A stretch of 45,115 nucleotides of DNA. It comes from Desulfobacterales bacterium. Its GTDB lineage: Bacteria > Desulfobacterota > Desulfobacteria > Desulfobacterales > JAHEIW01. Below, piece by piece: positions 34,880 to 43,413 of the stretch. Position 1 is the first letter of the stretch; every line of letters begins with the position of its first letter. The DNA is taken from assembly GCA_050116155.1 (NCBI GenBank), contig JASFPE010000001.1, positions 1 through 45,115 on the forward strand, read 5' to 3'. The notes beneath the pieces were generated by a model. It was given only the letters and a program-made list of their open reading frames with translations. It had not been told where the DNA came from and made no database searches. A program made the translations under genes and the position numbers.

Positions 34880-35842
34880 TCACAATCCTACTCCCGGCAG
34901 ATTGGCCACGATCCATAAGTGATAGATGAAGAGCATGGCTACCCCCATCCATGTAATCCGAATACAATCTTTCACAGAAATACCTCGGCGCAGGGCATGT
35001 TTGTATACCACCAGTTGAAGCACAGGCGCAGCGATCATAATGAAAATGCGCCAGGGAACATAATCAGACAGGTAGCCGACAACAAGAACGGCGATGGAGG
35101 AGAAAATCAGACCATCGACAATGTGAATCGCCGTACGTAAACCATGTACAACGGGATAGGTGCGAATACCAGCCAGAGCATCGCCTTTCACGTCCCGCAG
35201 ATCGTAGATGACTTCGTAACTTATTTCAAACAGAAAGAAAAATAGGGCCGTAAAGACCACCGTCTGCCATGAAATCCCCGGCGGAAAGCTATGGGATCCG
35301 TGTCCCCACCACGCAGTGGCCAGTGGATATCCAAATAAGGTGATCAGAAACCCTACCGCCGAGGCAGTGTTTTTCCAGAAATAAAGCTGCTTCAGCCGGC
35401 GTTTCCCGGGTAGAAGCGGCCAGTTATAAAAGGCGCCTAGCAAGTGGCATGCAATTCTGAGGATGGTTATGGCCGGGTTCAGGAAATGCACAACGACCAG
35501 CGAAATAAGCAAGAGTATTAAAGCTGTCCTTAACAGCAGTGGGCGGTTTTGATCAACGAATCCAGTCTCGCTGATAATATTGGCGCTGTCTTCTTTAAGG
35601 TCGACAGTGCGGTTTATCAGGTTGACGATAAACCAGTCCAACGCACAGACAGCGGTGAGGAGCCACGGATACTCACCGGTAAACAACCAGCCAAAAGTAA
35701 ATATTCCCAGGGCCGCAATTGCTGTTATGTGAGGCCGGCTAATATCAGCAAATGTCTGCCAAATCCGTTTTTTTTCTACACTGTTCGGTGTACGGTTAAC
35801 CGAAATCCTTGCCGTTGAAGTCATCTGGTTCACCGCTTTCAT
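34880..35842 (-). CDS. UbiA-family prenyltransferase
   Basis: 320 aa with about 8-9 TM helices. First Asp-rich motif NRTVDLKED (NxxxDxxxD). Second Asp-rich region YEVIYDLRDVKGD. Confidence 0.8.
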   Translation of the reverse strand: MKAVNQMTSTARISVNRTPNSVEKKRIWQTFADISRPHITAIAALGIFTFGWLFTGEYPWLLTAVCALDWFIVNLINRTVDLKEDSANIISETGFVDQNRPLLLRTALILLLISLVVVHFLNPAITILRIACHLLGAFYNWPLLPGKRRLKQLYFWKNTASAVGFLITLFGYPLATAWWGHGSHSFPPGISWQTVVFTALFFFLFEISYEVIYDLRDVKGDALAGIRTYPVVHGLRTAIHIVDGLIFSSIAVLVVGYLSDYVPWRIFIMIAAPVLQLVVYKHALRRGISVKDCIRITWMGVAMLFIYHLWIVANLPGVGL

Positions 35843-35881
35843 CTTTCATCTTAATTTTAAGATAAGGCAATATCTTTGCGA

Positions 35882-36628
35882 TCAATGCCTTTGATATCCC
35901 AAAGAGGCCCAGATATGATCTCTTAGGTTAACTTTGTAGCCCGAGTTTCCTTCTTGTTTGGGTACTTTGGCGGTGAACTTAATCGCGCCGACGGGACAGA
36001 CTTCTACGCAAGCCTGTTTGCCCTGGGGGCCTCCTCCTGTGGGATCCCAGTGATAAGGTGCATTGGCGCAAAGTTCACATTTTTTGGCTTTCATATCACC
36101 ACCGTATTTTTCGTCCGGGACCATAAACGATCTGCTGGGGGTATAAGGACATTCTTCGACACAGGCACCGCAACCGATACATTTCTCGACGTCCACCACT
36201 CTTCTGACGCTGCCGAAGCGCGCATCCACCGTCAGGGCCTCTTCCGGGCAGGCGGCCACACAGGCCGGATCGACGCACTGACGGCACTGCTCGATGGTCA
36301 GGTCATGTGGCCATTTGTCAAATGAGTTTTGAATGACCTGTATTCTGGACAGGGAAAGGTTCTCAACCCCTTCATTGACAAGAGAGCAGGCCAGCATACA
36401 GGAAACGCATCCCTGGCATTTTTTAACATCAACCAGCAGATAACCGCCGGAAACAGGGATACCAGACCGGCCGTCGGCCAATTTTACGATCTTGGGCAGG
36501 GCCTCTTTGACACCGGCATAGCCGCCCGCGCTTACGCCGATGGCAACGGTTCCAGCAATTCTCAAAAAATATCGGCGGCTTATGTTCGTATCTTTTCTAG
36601 TTATCTTGGTATCATTATTCTTATCCAT
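35882..36628 (-). CDS. Tat-signal 4x[4Fe-4S] ferredoxin-type subunit (YdhX/NrfC/DmsB-like)
   Basis: 248 aa. Twin-arginine motif SRRYFLRIAG. Cys clusters CQGCVSCMLAC, CRQCVDPACVAACP, CIGCGACVEECP and CELC...CVEVCP. Confidence 0.88.
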   Translation of the reverse strand: MDKNNDTKITRKDTNISRRYFLRIAGTVAIGVSAGGYAGVKEALPKIVKLADGRSGIPVSGGYLLVDVKKCQGCVSCMLACSLVNEGVENLSLSRIQVIQNSFDKWPHDLTIEQCRQCVDPACVAACPEEALTVDARFGSVRRVVDVEKCIGCGACVEECPYTPSRSFMVPDEKYGGDMKAKKCELCANAPYHWDPTGGGPQGKQACVEVCPVGAIKFTAKVPKQEGNSGYKVNLRDHIWASLGYQRH

Positions 36629-36664
36629 AAGGTTTTACCTTCCCTATCCGTCAAGTGGTTTTGT

Positions 36665-36856
36665 AAATTCCAAATTTCAAATCACAAATTCCAATGATCT
36701 AAATTCAAAATTCCAAACATGAATGACGAAATTTGGAATCATGTCTGGTGGTGCTTAAACATATCATAGGCATGTTTGGGTCATTGAATATTGTAAATTT
36801 AGATTTATTTGTAATTTGGTGCTTGTAATTTGGGGTTTTTGAAGCTCATAAAACCC
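36665..36856. repeat. AATTCCAAAT-type nested palindromic element between the AOR and Fe-S subunit genes
   Basis: Left arm aaattccaaatttcaaatcacaaattccaa...aaattcaaaattccaaacatg. Right arm catgtttggg...tttgtaatttggtgcttgtaatttgg. The ccaaacatg/catgtttgg pair is perfect. A terminal hairpin is gggtttt...aaaaccc. Confidence 0.75.
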
Positions 36857-36897
36857 AAATTTCACATTTACCGACCAAGCGTCTGTAACAGTATGAA

Positions 36898-38991
36898 TTA
36901 TCCCTTCCCCAATTTACCGTTTTGTGCGAGTTCAGTGGCAACATAGCCCAGGCCCAGGGACTTCAGGGTGCCGGCGGTCGGATAACCGGTGTTGATCTCC
37001 CATCCCTGCAAGGCGTAAAAACTGCTTTTGAATTCTTCGAATTTGTCTTTATCAAAATGGCGGCCCAGGGTTTTTACAAAGTCCCACTTTCCGTTTTCCA
37101 GACCGGGCATGTACTCGGGCTGTCCGAAGGGTGAAAAGCTATTCTGGGAATAAAAATAGTCGGCGAAATGAACCATATTCCGATGTCTTCCCTGAAGTGT
37201 CCAGATGGCGTGATCCAGATTCCATATTTTTTTCCCCAGCTCAATGCCGTCCAGGAAGGTAAAATTCTTGCCTGTGACGGCATTGAGGAATTTGGGTTCC
37301 GCTGTACCGGTTGATCCGATTTTCGCGGGGTTGTAAAGATTCAAAAAATCCGGCCAGCGCCAGTCACAGAACTGGACGGATTGTTTCCAGAACCGTGAAT
37401 AATATCGGTGCCAGGTGACCAGTTTGGCGATGTGCTCGGAGTACATATTTTCGGTGCTGAAATCCAGCATGCGCATGTCTCCTTGAAACGGCACCATTTT
37501 ATCGGTGTAGATTTTGACCATCTCCTCGGCGGATGCATACATCGGCACACCCCACTGTTTGGCAGCGGTGGGATGACTTCGTAATTGGTCGAAACCGTGT
37601 TCATTAATGTCCCGGTCACCAAAGACGGTGCCATAAGCCCAGTCCAGCTGTGAGCGTGCTTCCTTATGTCTCGGCAGACCCCAGATCGGAAACATCAGCC
37701 GGCCGGTCTTTAAGTCCCCGTGAACGCCGTCCAGTCGGTTCCACTTTTTCGCCGCCCGCACAAAGCCCTCGGCCAGATCCTCTCCAAACTGATGTTTATT
37801 GCCTCGGCCATCATTTCGATAGGCGATCATCTTGACCAGTTGCTCGGCAAAGGCCAGCTTGCCGTAATTCTTAAAATCCAGGGGGCAATCGATCTCTTTG
37901 CCCGGACCCAGGATACCGGCGTCGTTAAGGTCTTTAAGGTAAAGCTCTCCCCAGAACATCTCTGCAGCGTTCAATCCGTATCTGTTGAGCAGATCACAGG
38001 CCTGACGCTGAACATCCAGTGTATTTGCATAAACATAAAACAGGGTCGTAAAACAGGTGGCCTCATTGCCGAACCCGTCTTCATATCTGCCCCGGCAGCC
38101 GGAATGGCAGCCGACGCATGCCTGGGGTCTTTTGCCTACACTGGGCTTTCCCTTTGGATACAAAGTACCCGGTATAGGAGCGCTTTGAAAATCAACGGAC
38201 ATATATTTCCATTTCAAATTATCCAGGTTAAACCCGTAATTTTTCTGTTGCCACAAGCGAGCTTGCATGAGGGCTTTGGGATTATTGACCCGGATGCTGC
38301 CGGTGCCGATGACGCTGATGGCTTTCAGTCCTTTTGCACCCCATATGGCACCAAAGCCGCCCTGGCCGGCACCGTTGCTGGCGTCGTGGATCAGGCAGGC
38401 CATTCGGCTTAAATTTTCTCCGGCCGGGCCGATGGCAAGCACCGCCGGTCGCTGGGTGGTTTGACCGTCGTCTTTGCCATTCGGCATAATCCAGTCACCA
38501 TAAATTTGCTTTCCGGCGACATACTCGAAGATTTTTTGCTGGCATTCCCAGGCGTCAGTTCCCCACAATGACAACTCGCTGCATTTGCGGATGTTGACCG
38601 TGTCGTTTCTGATATCGAGCCAGACGTGATCGTCTGCCCGACCCTCGATGACGATGCCGTCCCAACCGGCATACTTCAGCATGGCCGAAAATCGTCCGCC
38701 AAAATTACTGCGGGTAAACCACCCAATGGGAAGTGATTGTACACCGATGGCCTGCACCTCTGTTCTTGCGGCACCGGCCGGGGCCAGGGTGCCGCAAAGA
38801 GGCGAGGTCATTAAGGTGACGATATTGGCCGGATCAAAACCGTCAATGGTTTTGTCTTTGACCAGGTCAAAGAAAATTGCCGACCCCATGCCATGGCCGC
38901 CAATCCATTGTTCGTATCTGGCTGTGGGTATGGTCGATATTTTTCTATTGGTCAGATTCACTTTTAATATTTTACCCGCAGAACCGTTCAT
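36898..38991 (-). CDS. Aldehyde:ferredoxin oxidoreductase (AOR) family W/Mo-pterin enzyme, long YdhV-like form
   Basis: About 697 aa from ATG 38991 (AGGA about 8 nt upstream). AOR N-terminus GKILKVNLTNRKIS...WIGGHGMG, AGQGGFGAIWGAKGLKAI, and cluster motif CVGCHSGC (CxxCxxxC). Confidence 0.85.
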   Translation of the reverse strand: MNGSAGKILKVNLTNRKISTIPTARYEQWIGGHGMGSAIFFDLVKDKTIDGFDPANIVTLMTSPLCGTLAPAGAARTEVQAIGVQSLPIGWFTRSNFGGRFSAMLKYAGWDGIVIEGRADDHVWLDIRNDTVNIRKCSELSLWGTDAWECQQKIFEYVAGKQIYGDWIMPNGKDDGQTTQRPAVLAIGPAGENLSRMACLIHDASNGAGQGGFGAIWGAKGLKAISVIGTGSIRVNNPKALMQARLWQQKNYGFNLDNLKWKYMSVDFQSAPIPGTLYPKGKPSVGKRPQACVGCHSGCRGRYEDGFGNEATCFTTLFYVYANTLDVQRQACDLLNRYGLNAAEMFWGELYLKDLNDAGILGPGKEIDCPLDFKNYGKLAFAEQLVKMIAYRNDGRGNKHQFGEDLAEGFVRAAKKWNRLDGVHGDLKTGRLMFPIWGLPRHKEARSQLDWAYGTVFGDRDINEHGFDQLRSHPTAAKQWGVPMYASAEEMVKIYTDKMVPFQGDMRMLDFSTENMYSEHIAKLVTWHRYYSRFWKQSVQFCDWRWPDFLNLYNPAKIGSTGTAEPKFLNAVTGKNFTFLDGIELGKKIWNLDHAIWTLQGRHRNMVHFADYFYSQNSFSPFGQPEYMPGLENGKWDFVKTLGRHFDKDKFEEFKSSFYALQGWEINTGYPTAGTLKSLGLGYVATELAQNGKLGKG

Positions 38992-39243
38992 GACGTTTCC
39001 TTTTTTTGACGCACGCATTGTTTCGTTTGCAATAAAAAGTCTTATAAGTGTCAGCAATCGAAATCAGCTTGAGAAAGCTCACGGGGAAAATAGAAGTGGC
39101 GCCCCCGGAATAGATGCCGTTATGTTAGCGGAAAAGGTGTTTATGGTCAAGAGTGCTTACCACGCCTTTCTTTGCTTGACATATCGTTGGTTTTCCCATT
39201 TAAGTTGTGTCCTGTTTTGTGATGATGGAGGATTATCCTGTCA

Positions 39244-40143
39244 ATGAGCGCCAACATTTATTTATTATACGGTTTAACCGTGATTATATGGGGCACTACC
39301 TGGCTGGCGATCAAGTTTCAGCTGGGCAATGTGGATCCCATGGTATCGGTGCTTTATCGCTTCATTGCGGCGGCCATGATGCTGATGCTGTATTGCAAAA
39401 TGGCCGGCCTGAGAATGCGGTTTCCGCTGAAGGATCACGTGTTTATGGCGCTGCAGGGGTTGGTGTTGTTTTCCGTCAACTACTGGATAATTTATTTGGC
39501 CTCGGTTCATCTGACCAGTGGCCTGGTGGCGGTGATTTTCTCCAGCATCGTATTTATGAACATGCTCAACGGTGCTCTGTTGATGGGCTTGCCCATTCGC
39601 TTCAGTGTGGTGGTGGGGGGTGCCATCGGCATTGTGGGAATCGTATTTGTTTTTTGGCCGGAAATATCCGCCTTCAGTCTTTCCGACAAAACCGCGATGG
39701 GCGTGTTGCTGGCGGCAATATCGACATTCATGGCCTCGCTGGGAAATATTATCTCGGCGCGGCATCAAAAATATGAGTTGCCGGTTATTCAAACCAATGC
39801 GTACGGCATGGTTTACGGCGCCGGCATCATGGGCATCATTGTTTTTACAAGTGGAAAACCATTTAGCTTTGAATTATCCTTTCGGTATGTTGGCTCTCTT
39901 TTTTACCTGATTGTTTTTGGAACCGTGATCGCCTTTGGCTGCTATTTGAAACTCATCGGCAAGATCGGTGCAGATAGAGCGGCATATGCCACTATGCTGT
40001 TTCCCATTGTAGCGCTGGTTATCTCCACATTTTTTGAAGACTATCAGTGGTCCGCCCTTAATATCATTGGGATGGTGTTGGTGCTGATCGGCAACGGCTT
40101 GGTAATCAACAAAAAAGTGTTACAGATGAGGGAAAATCTATGA
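39244..40143 (+). CDS. EamA/DMT-superfamily transporter
   Basis: 299 aa with about 10 TM helices in two EamA-like halves (LYGLTVIIWGTTWLAIKF...). Confidence 0.8.
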   Translation: MSANIYLLYGLTVIIWGTTWLAIKFQLGNVDPMVSVLYRFIAAAMMLMLYCKMAGLRMRFPLKDHVFMALQGLVLFSVNYWIIYLASVHLTSGLVAVIFSSIVFMNMLNGALLMGLPIRFSVVVGGAIGIVGIVFVFWPEISAFSLSDKTAMGVLLAAISTFMASLGNIISARHQKYELPVIQTNAYGMVYGAGIMGIIVFTSGKPFSFELSFRYVGSLFYLIVFGTVIAFGCYLKLIGKIGADRAAYATMLFPIVALVISTFFEDYQWSALNIIGMVLVLIGNGLVINKKVLQMRENL

Positions 40144-40478
40144 GCAGACGCAGGTTATATGTTGACACCCTTGGATTTTTGGGCGACGTCGGGCCGCCGA
40201 TGTTCGATGATCGCACCAAAAAAAATGCCCGGAAAAGCGGCGTCAGGCTGTTTGTCATGACCACCACCTGGCCCATGCAAAACTGGAAGGCCACTGTCCA
40301 AATGCATCGACAGACGGTGAAAAGCCTGGGTCAGCATGAAGATACCTTTCACATCGTCCACAACTCCATTGATCTTCAGAAGGTATTGGATGAAAATAGG
40401 ATTGGCGTAATTCTGGGCATGCAGGATCCGGGGTGCATCGGCGACAGGTTCGAGCGGGTTCATCAGCTGTATGAGGAG
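40140..40478 (+). pseudogene. N-terminal fragment of an M19 (renal-type) dipeptidase-like gene
   Basis: Its start overlaps the EamA stop (ATGA). Family-like blocks YVDTLGF, NRIGVILGMQDPGCIGDRFERVHQLYEE. Similarity stops near residue 113 and the ORF ends after about 23 unrelated residues. Full-length members are about 320-400 aa. Confidence 0.55.
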
Positions 40479-40483
40479 GTCAT

Positions 40484-40777
40484 AATATTTACATGGCCCA
40501 ATCCGCCTTTGAAACGTCCTACTATGGACATGGAGAAATTGATGAGATAACGCGTCACCCCCGTGCGGTTCATCACCTCCCCGGTCATGATAAAAAGAAC
40601 CATCGCCATCAGAGCAAAGACGTCCAGCTGACTGAATATTCGTTGCGGCAGCACCGCCAGGTAACGGGCATTGTCGCTGGCAATGAAAGTCAGCACGGCG
40701 GCGGCACCCACCACATATGCCAGCGCCGCACCGGCAATCAGAAACAAGGTTGACGGGATGACAACCAGCCAGATCAA
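40484..40777 (-). pseudogene. N-terminal fragment of a TRAP large permease (DctM-like) gene
   Basis: GAGGAGG RBS plus a TTG start. LDVFALMAMVLFIMTGEVMNRTGVTRYLINFSMSIVGRFKGGLGHVNI is a typical DctM N-terminus. The ORF ends after about 100 residues, whereas full-length members are about 430 aa. No DctQ or DctP gene is nearby. Confidence 0.6.
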
Positions 40778-41003
40778 AAAGTACCTCCTCGCTCAAATCA
40801 ATTAACGCGTCGGCAAATTGTTTGCCGGCAATCTAGCACTTCTCTCGATATTGTCGCAAGTTCTTAGCCGGTGCTGGGAAACTTCGGAGAGGCGTGGGAC
40901 ACATGCAGACGGACGCCGGTGCCGACGACAATAGTACCGTTTTTAATCACAATTCTGTTCATGTACATTCCATGGGTAAAAATTTTTTGTAGGATATGAA
41001 GCT

Positions 41004-42608
41004 TTATTTTTTCCCGATCCGAAGCACCGCACCCGGTCTTGCACCGGTGTGTGATCCGTCGCGGATCACCCATTGGCCGTTGACCAGGACATGATATATG
41101 CCTGCGGGGTACTGATGAGGATTATCGTAGGTGGCTGTGTCGGATACGACCGCAGGATCGAAAACAACGAGGTCGGCGGCAGAATCCGGAACGATCATAC
41201 CCCGATCTTCCAGCCTGAGTTTTTTTGCCGGCAGACCGGTCATTTTATAAACGGCCTGTTCCAGCGAGAGCACTTTCAGATCCCTTGCGTATCGACCCAG
41301 GACCCGCGGAAACGCCCCGTAATTTCGCGGATGTGGCACGCCTCTGGCCAGAGGGCCGGTGATGGCCAAGCCAAATCCGTCGGTACAGATCATCATGGCG
41401 GGAAATTGAATTTCCCGGAGACGGTTTTCTTCAGACATTCCGAAAAGGGCCATGCCCATGTCGAGTTGGGTTTCCACGAGTGCATCAAAAACCCACTCAT
41501 AGGGATTGCTGTCGCTCTGGGCTGCTAATTCGGAGACATAACAGCCTTCATATTCCCTCTTATTCGGCGACGAGGTGATCAATACCGAGTTCCATGCAAC
41601 ACCGCGGGCAAAGCCCCCGGTTTGCATGTCAGCGCTCATCTTGGTGCGGGTATCAGGGTCTGTCAGCCGCATCAGGATTTCTGCGGGGCCGCCCACATGG
41701 GCCCATTGGGGCAGCATAGTAACCAAAGAGGTGCTGCCGGCTAAATAGGGATATACATCGGCGGTTACGTCAAGGCCTTCGGCTTGCGCCCGGTCGATCA
41801 ACTCCAGGGCTTTCGAAGATTTATCCCAGTTATCCTCGCGGGCGGCTTTAAAGTGGCTGATTTGGACCGGAGTCCCGGTTTCGCGGCCGATGCAGATGGC
41901 TTCCTCGACAGCCTCCAACAGTGTATCGCCTTCACCGCGGATGTGACTGAAGTAATATCCGTTGTGATCCCCAACAGTTTTTGTCAGCGCGATCAATTCT
42001 TCGGTGGAGGTAAACGAACCCGGTGGGTAGATCAGCCCGGTACTCAATCCGATAGCGCCCTGGGCCATTGCTTCGGCCACCTGGTCTTGCATTCTATCTA
42101 CCTGTTTCCGATCGGCGCTGCCCTCGCCGAGCCCCATAATGGATGCACGGATGACGCCCTGGCCCACCAGTTGCAGGACATTGGGTGATACGCCCTGGTT
42201 GGTCAGAAAATTCAGATAATCCCCCATCGAGGACCACTCCTGCCAGGGGACATCCTTTACAAATTCACCGAAAAAACCGCTCAGCGCCGCCACCACTTCT
42301 TCACGGCTTTCGTCCAGCAGCGGCGCCGGAGAAAGACCGCACTGCCCCACGACGGCGGTCGTGATCCCCTGGTGAATTATGCTGTCTGCGGTTGGCCAAA
42401 TCGGAAGCGAGAAGTCGGCATGCGAATGCATGTCGATAAAGCCCGGCGTGACAACCAGGCCCTCGGCGTCGATGACATCTCTGGCGCTGCTTGAGCTTAA
42501 ATCTCCGATATCAGCGATGCGTCCCTGGTCTACGGCAACATCGGCCCCATAGGCCGGTTTTCCGGAACCATCGATGACGTTGGCATTCCTGATAACGATG
42601 TCGTGCAT
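41004..42608 (-). CDS. N-acyl-D-amino-acid deacylase (D-aminoacylase), amidohydrolase superfamily
   Basis: 534 aa. MHDIVIRNANVIDGSGKP...VVTPGFIDMHSHADFSL is the characteristic N-terminus and metal site. Confidence 0.88.
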   Translation of the reverse strand: MHDIVIRNANVIDGSGKPAYGADVAVDQGRIADIGDLSSSSARDVIDAEGLVVTPGFIDMHSHADFSLPIWPTADSIIHQGITTAVVGQCGLSPAPLLDESREEVVAALSGFFGEFVKDVPWQEWSSMGDYLNFLTNQGVSPNVLQLVGQGVIRASIMGLGEGSADRKQVDRMQDQVAEAMAQGAIGLSTGLIYPPGSFTSTEELIALTKTVGDHNGYYFSHIRGEGDTLLEAVEEAICIGRETGTPVQISHFKAAREDNWDKSSKALELIDRAQAEGLDVTADVYPYLAGSTSLVTMLPQWAHVGGPAEILMRLTDPDTRTKMSADMQTGGFARGVAWNSVLITSSPNKREYEGCYVSELAAQSDSNPYEWVFDALVETQLDMGMALFGMSEENRLREIQFPAMMICTDGFGLAITGPLARGVPHPRNYGAFPRVLGRYARDLKVLSLEQAVYKMTGLPAKKLRLEDRGMIVPDSAADLVVFDPAVVSDTATYDNPHQYPAGIYHVLVNGQWVIRDGSHTGARPGAVLRIGKK

Positions 42609-42714
42609 AGGTATCCTCCCGAAGGTAATGATCCGTTATTAATAGATCGAATTGCCATTAATTACAATAGCGCTGTCAGGCTGAGTCCCATCCCCTTCGT
42701 GCCTGCACGTCCCG

Positions 42715-43281
42715 TTAAAATGCTTTGACGTTTGTGTAGGCCTTGCCGATATAATCGCCGATGCCGTGATAGGTTCGGCTTTCGGCGGCATACAGGAACG
42801 GATCGAGCTTGCTTATATCGGGTAGCCCGATTTCAGTGAGAATATCATCGTCCGCCTTTATGTCTAATATTTCGCCGACAAACAGCGTATGAAGACCGAT
42901 TTCATGGGAGTGGATGACTCTGCATTCCAGCACCATCGGGAATTCATCGACATAGGGTGCATTGACTGTGGCAGCCTTTGTCGGCGTAAGACCGGTGGCC
43001 TTGAACTTATCGACTGTTTTGCCGGAAGCAATCCCGAAATAGTCGGCTTCAGGCATATATTTTTGAGGTGGTACACTTACCGTATAGGCTTTGGTTGAGG
43101 TTATGTTGCCGTATGTGTACGTGGCTTTTCGCAATGACACCGTAACGGCCGGCGGTTTGCTGCAACAGATACCGGCCCAGGCGGCCGTCATGACATTGGG
43201 ACGGCCATCCGCATCGTAGGATCCGATACACCAGACCGGAGACGGGTAAACCAGGGCTTTTGCGCCGAATGATTTTTTCAT
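42715..43281 (-). CDS. Flavin reductase-like (FMN-binding split-barrel) protein
   Basis: 188 aa from ATG 43281 (GGAAGGAG RBS). SPVWCIGSYDADGRPNVMTAAWAG is typical of the family. Confidence 0.8.
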   Translation of the reverse strand: MKKSFGAKALVYPSPVWCIGSYDADGRPNVMTAAWAGICCSKPPAVTVSLRKATYTYGNITSTKAYTVSVPPQKYMPEADYFGIASGKTVDKFKATGLTPTKAATVNAPYVDEFPMVLECRVIHSHEIGLHTLFVGEILDIKADDDILTEIGLPDISKLDPFLYAAESRTYHGIGDYIGKAYTNVKAF

Positions 43282-43413
43282 TTTTTTCTCCTTCCTAATC
43301 TTTGTGTCTTTAATAATTTTAGGCATCAGGGGTTTCAGAGGACATGACATAAAATAATAGAAAAATCCATATGGATTTATCAAAGGGCTTCCAAAGGGAT
43401 TTTCAAATTACTG

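Noticed and set aside
37720-39247. Two plus-strand ORFs (230 aa and 199 aa)
   Set aside because: They are antisense to the AOR-family gene, which has unambiguous family motifs on the minus strand.
39274-39792. 172-aa minus-strand ORF and the 189-aa out-of-frame plus-strand ORF 39207..39776
   Set aside because: They overlap the EamA transporter gene. Only the 39244 frame gives a coherent polytopic membrane protein.
40155-40796. 213-aa minus-strand ORF spanning the fragment junction
   Set aside because: No family signature. It overlaps two recognisable gene fragments in other frames or strands, so it is most likely an artefact of the rearrangement.
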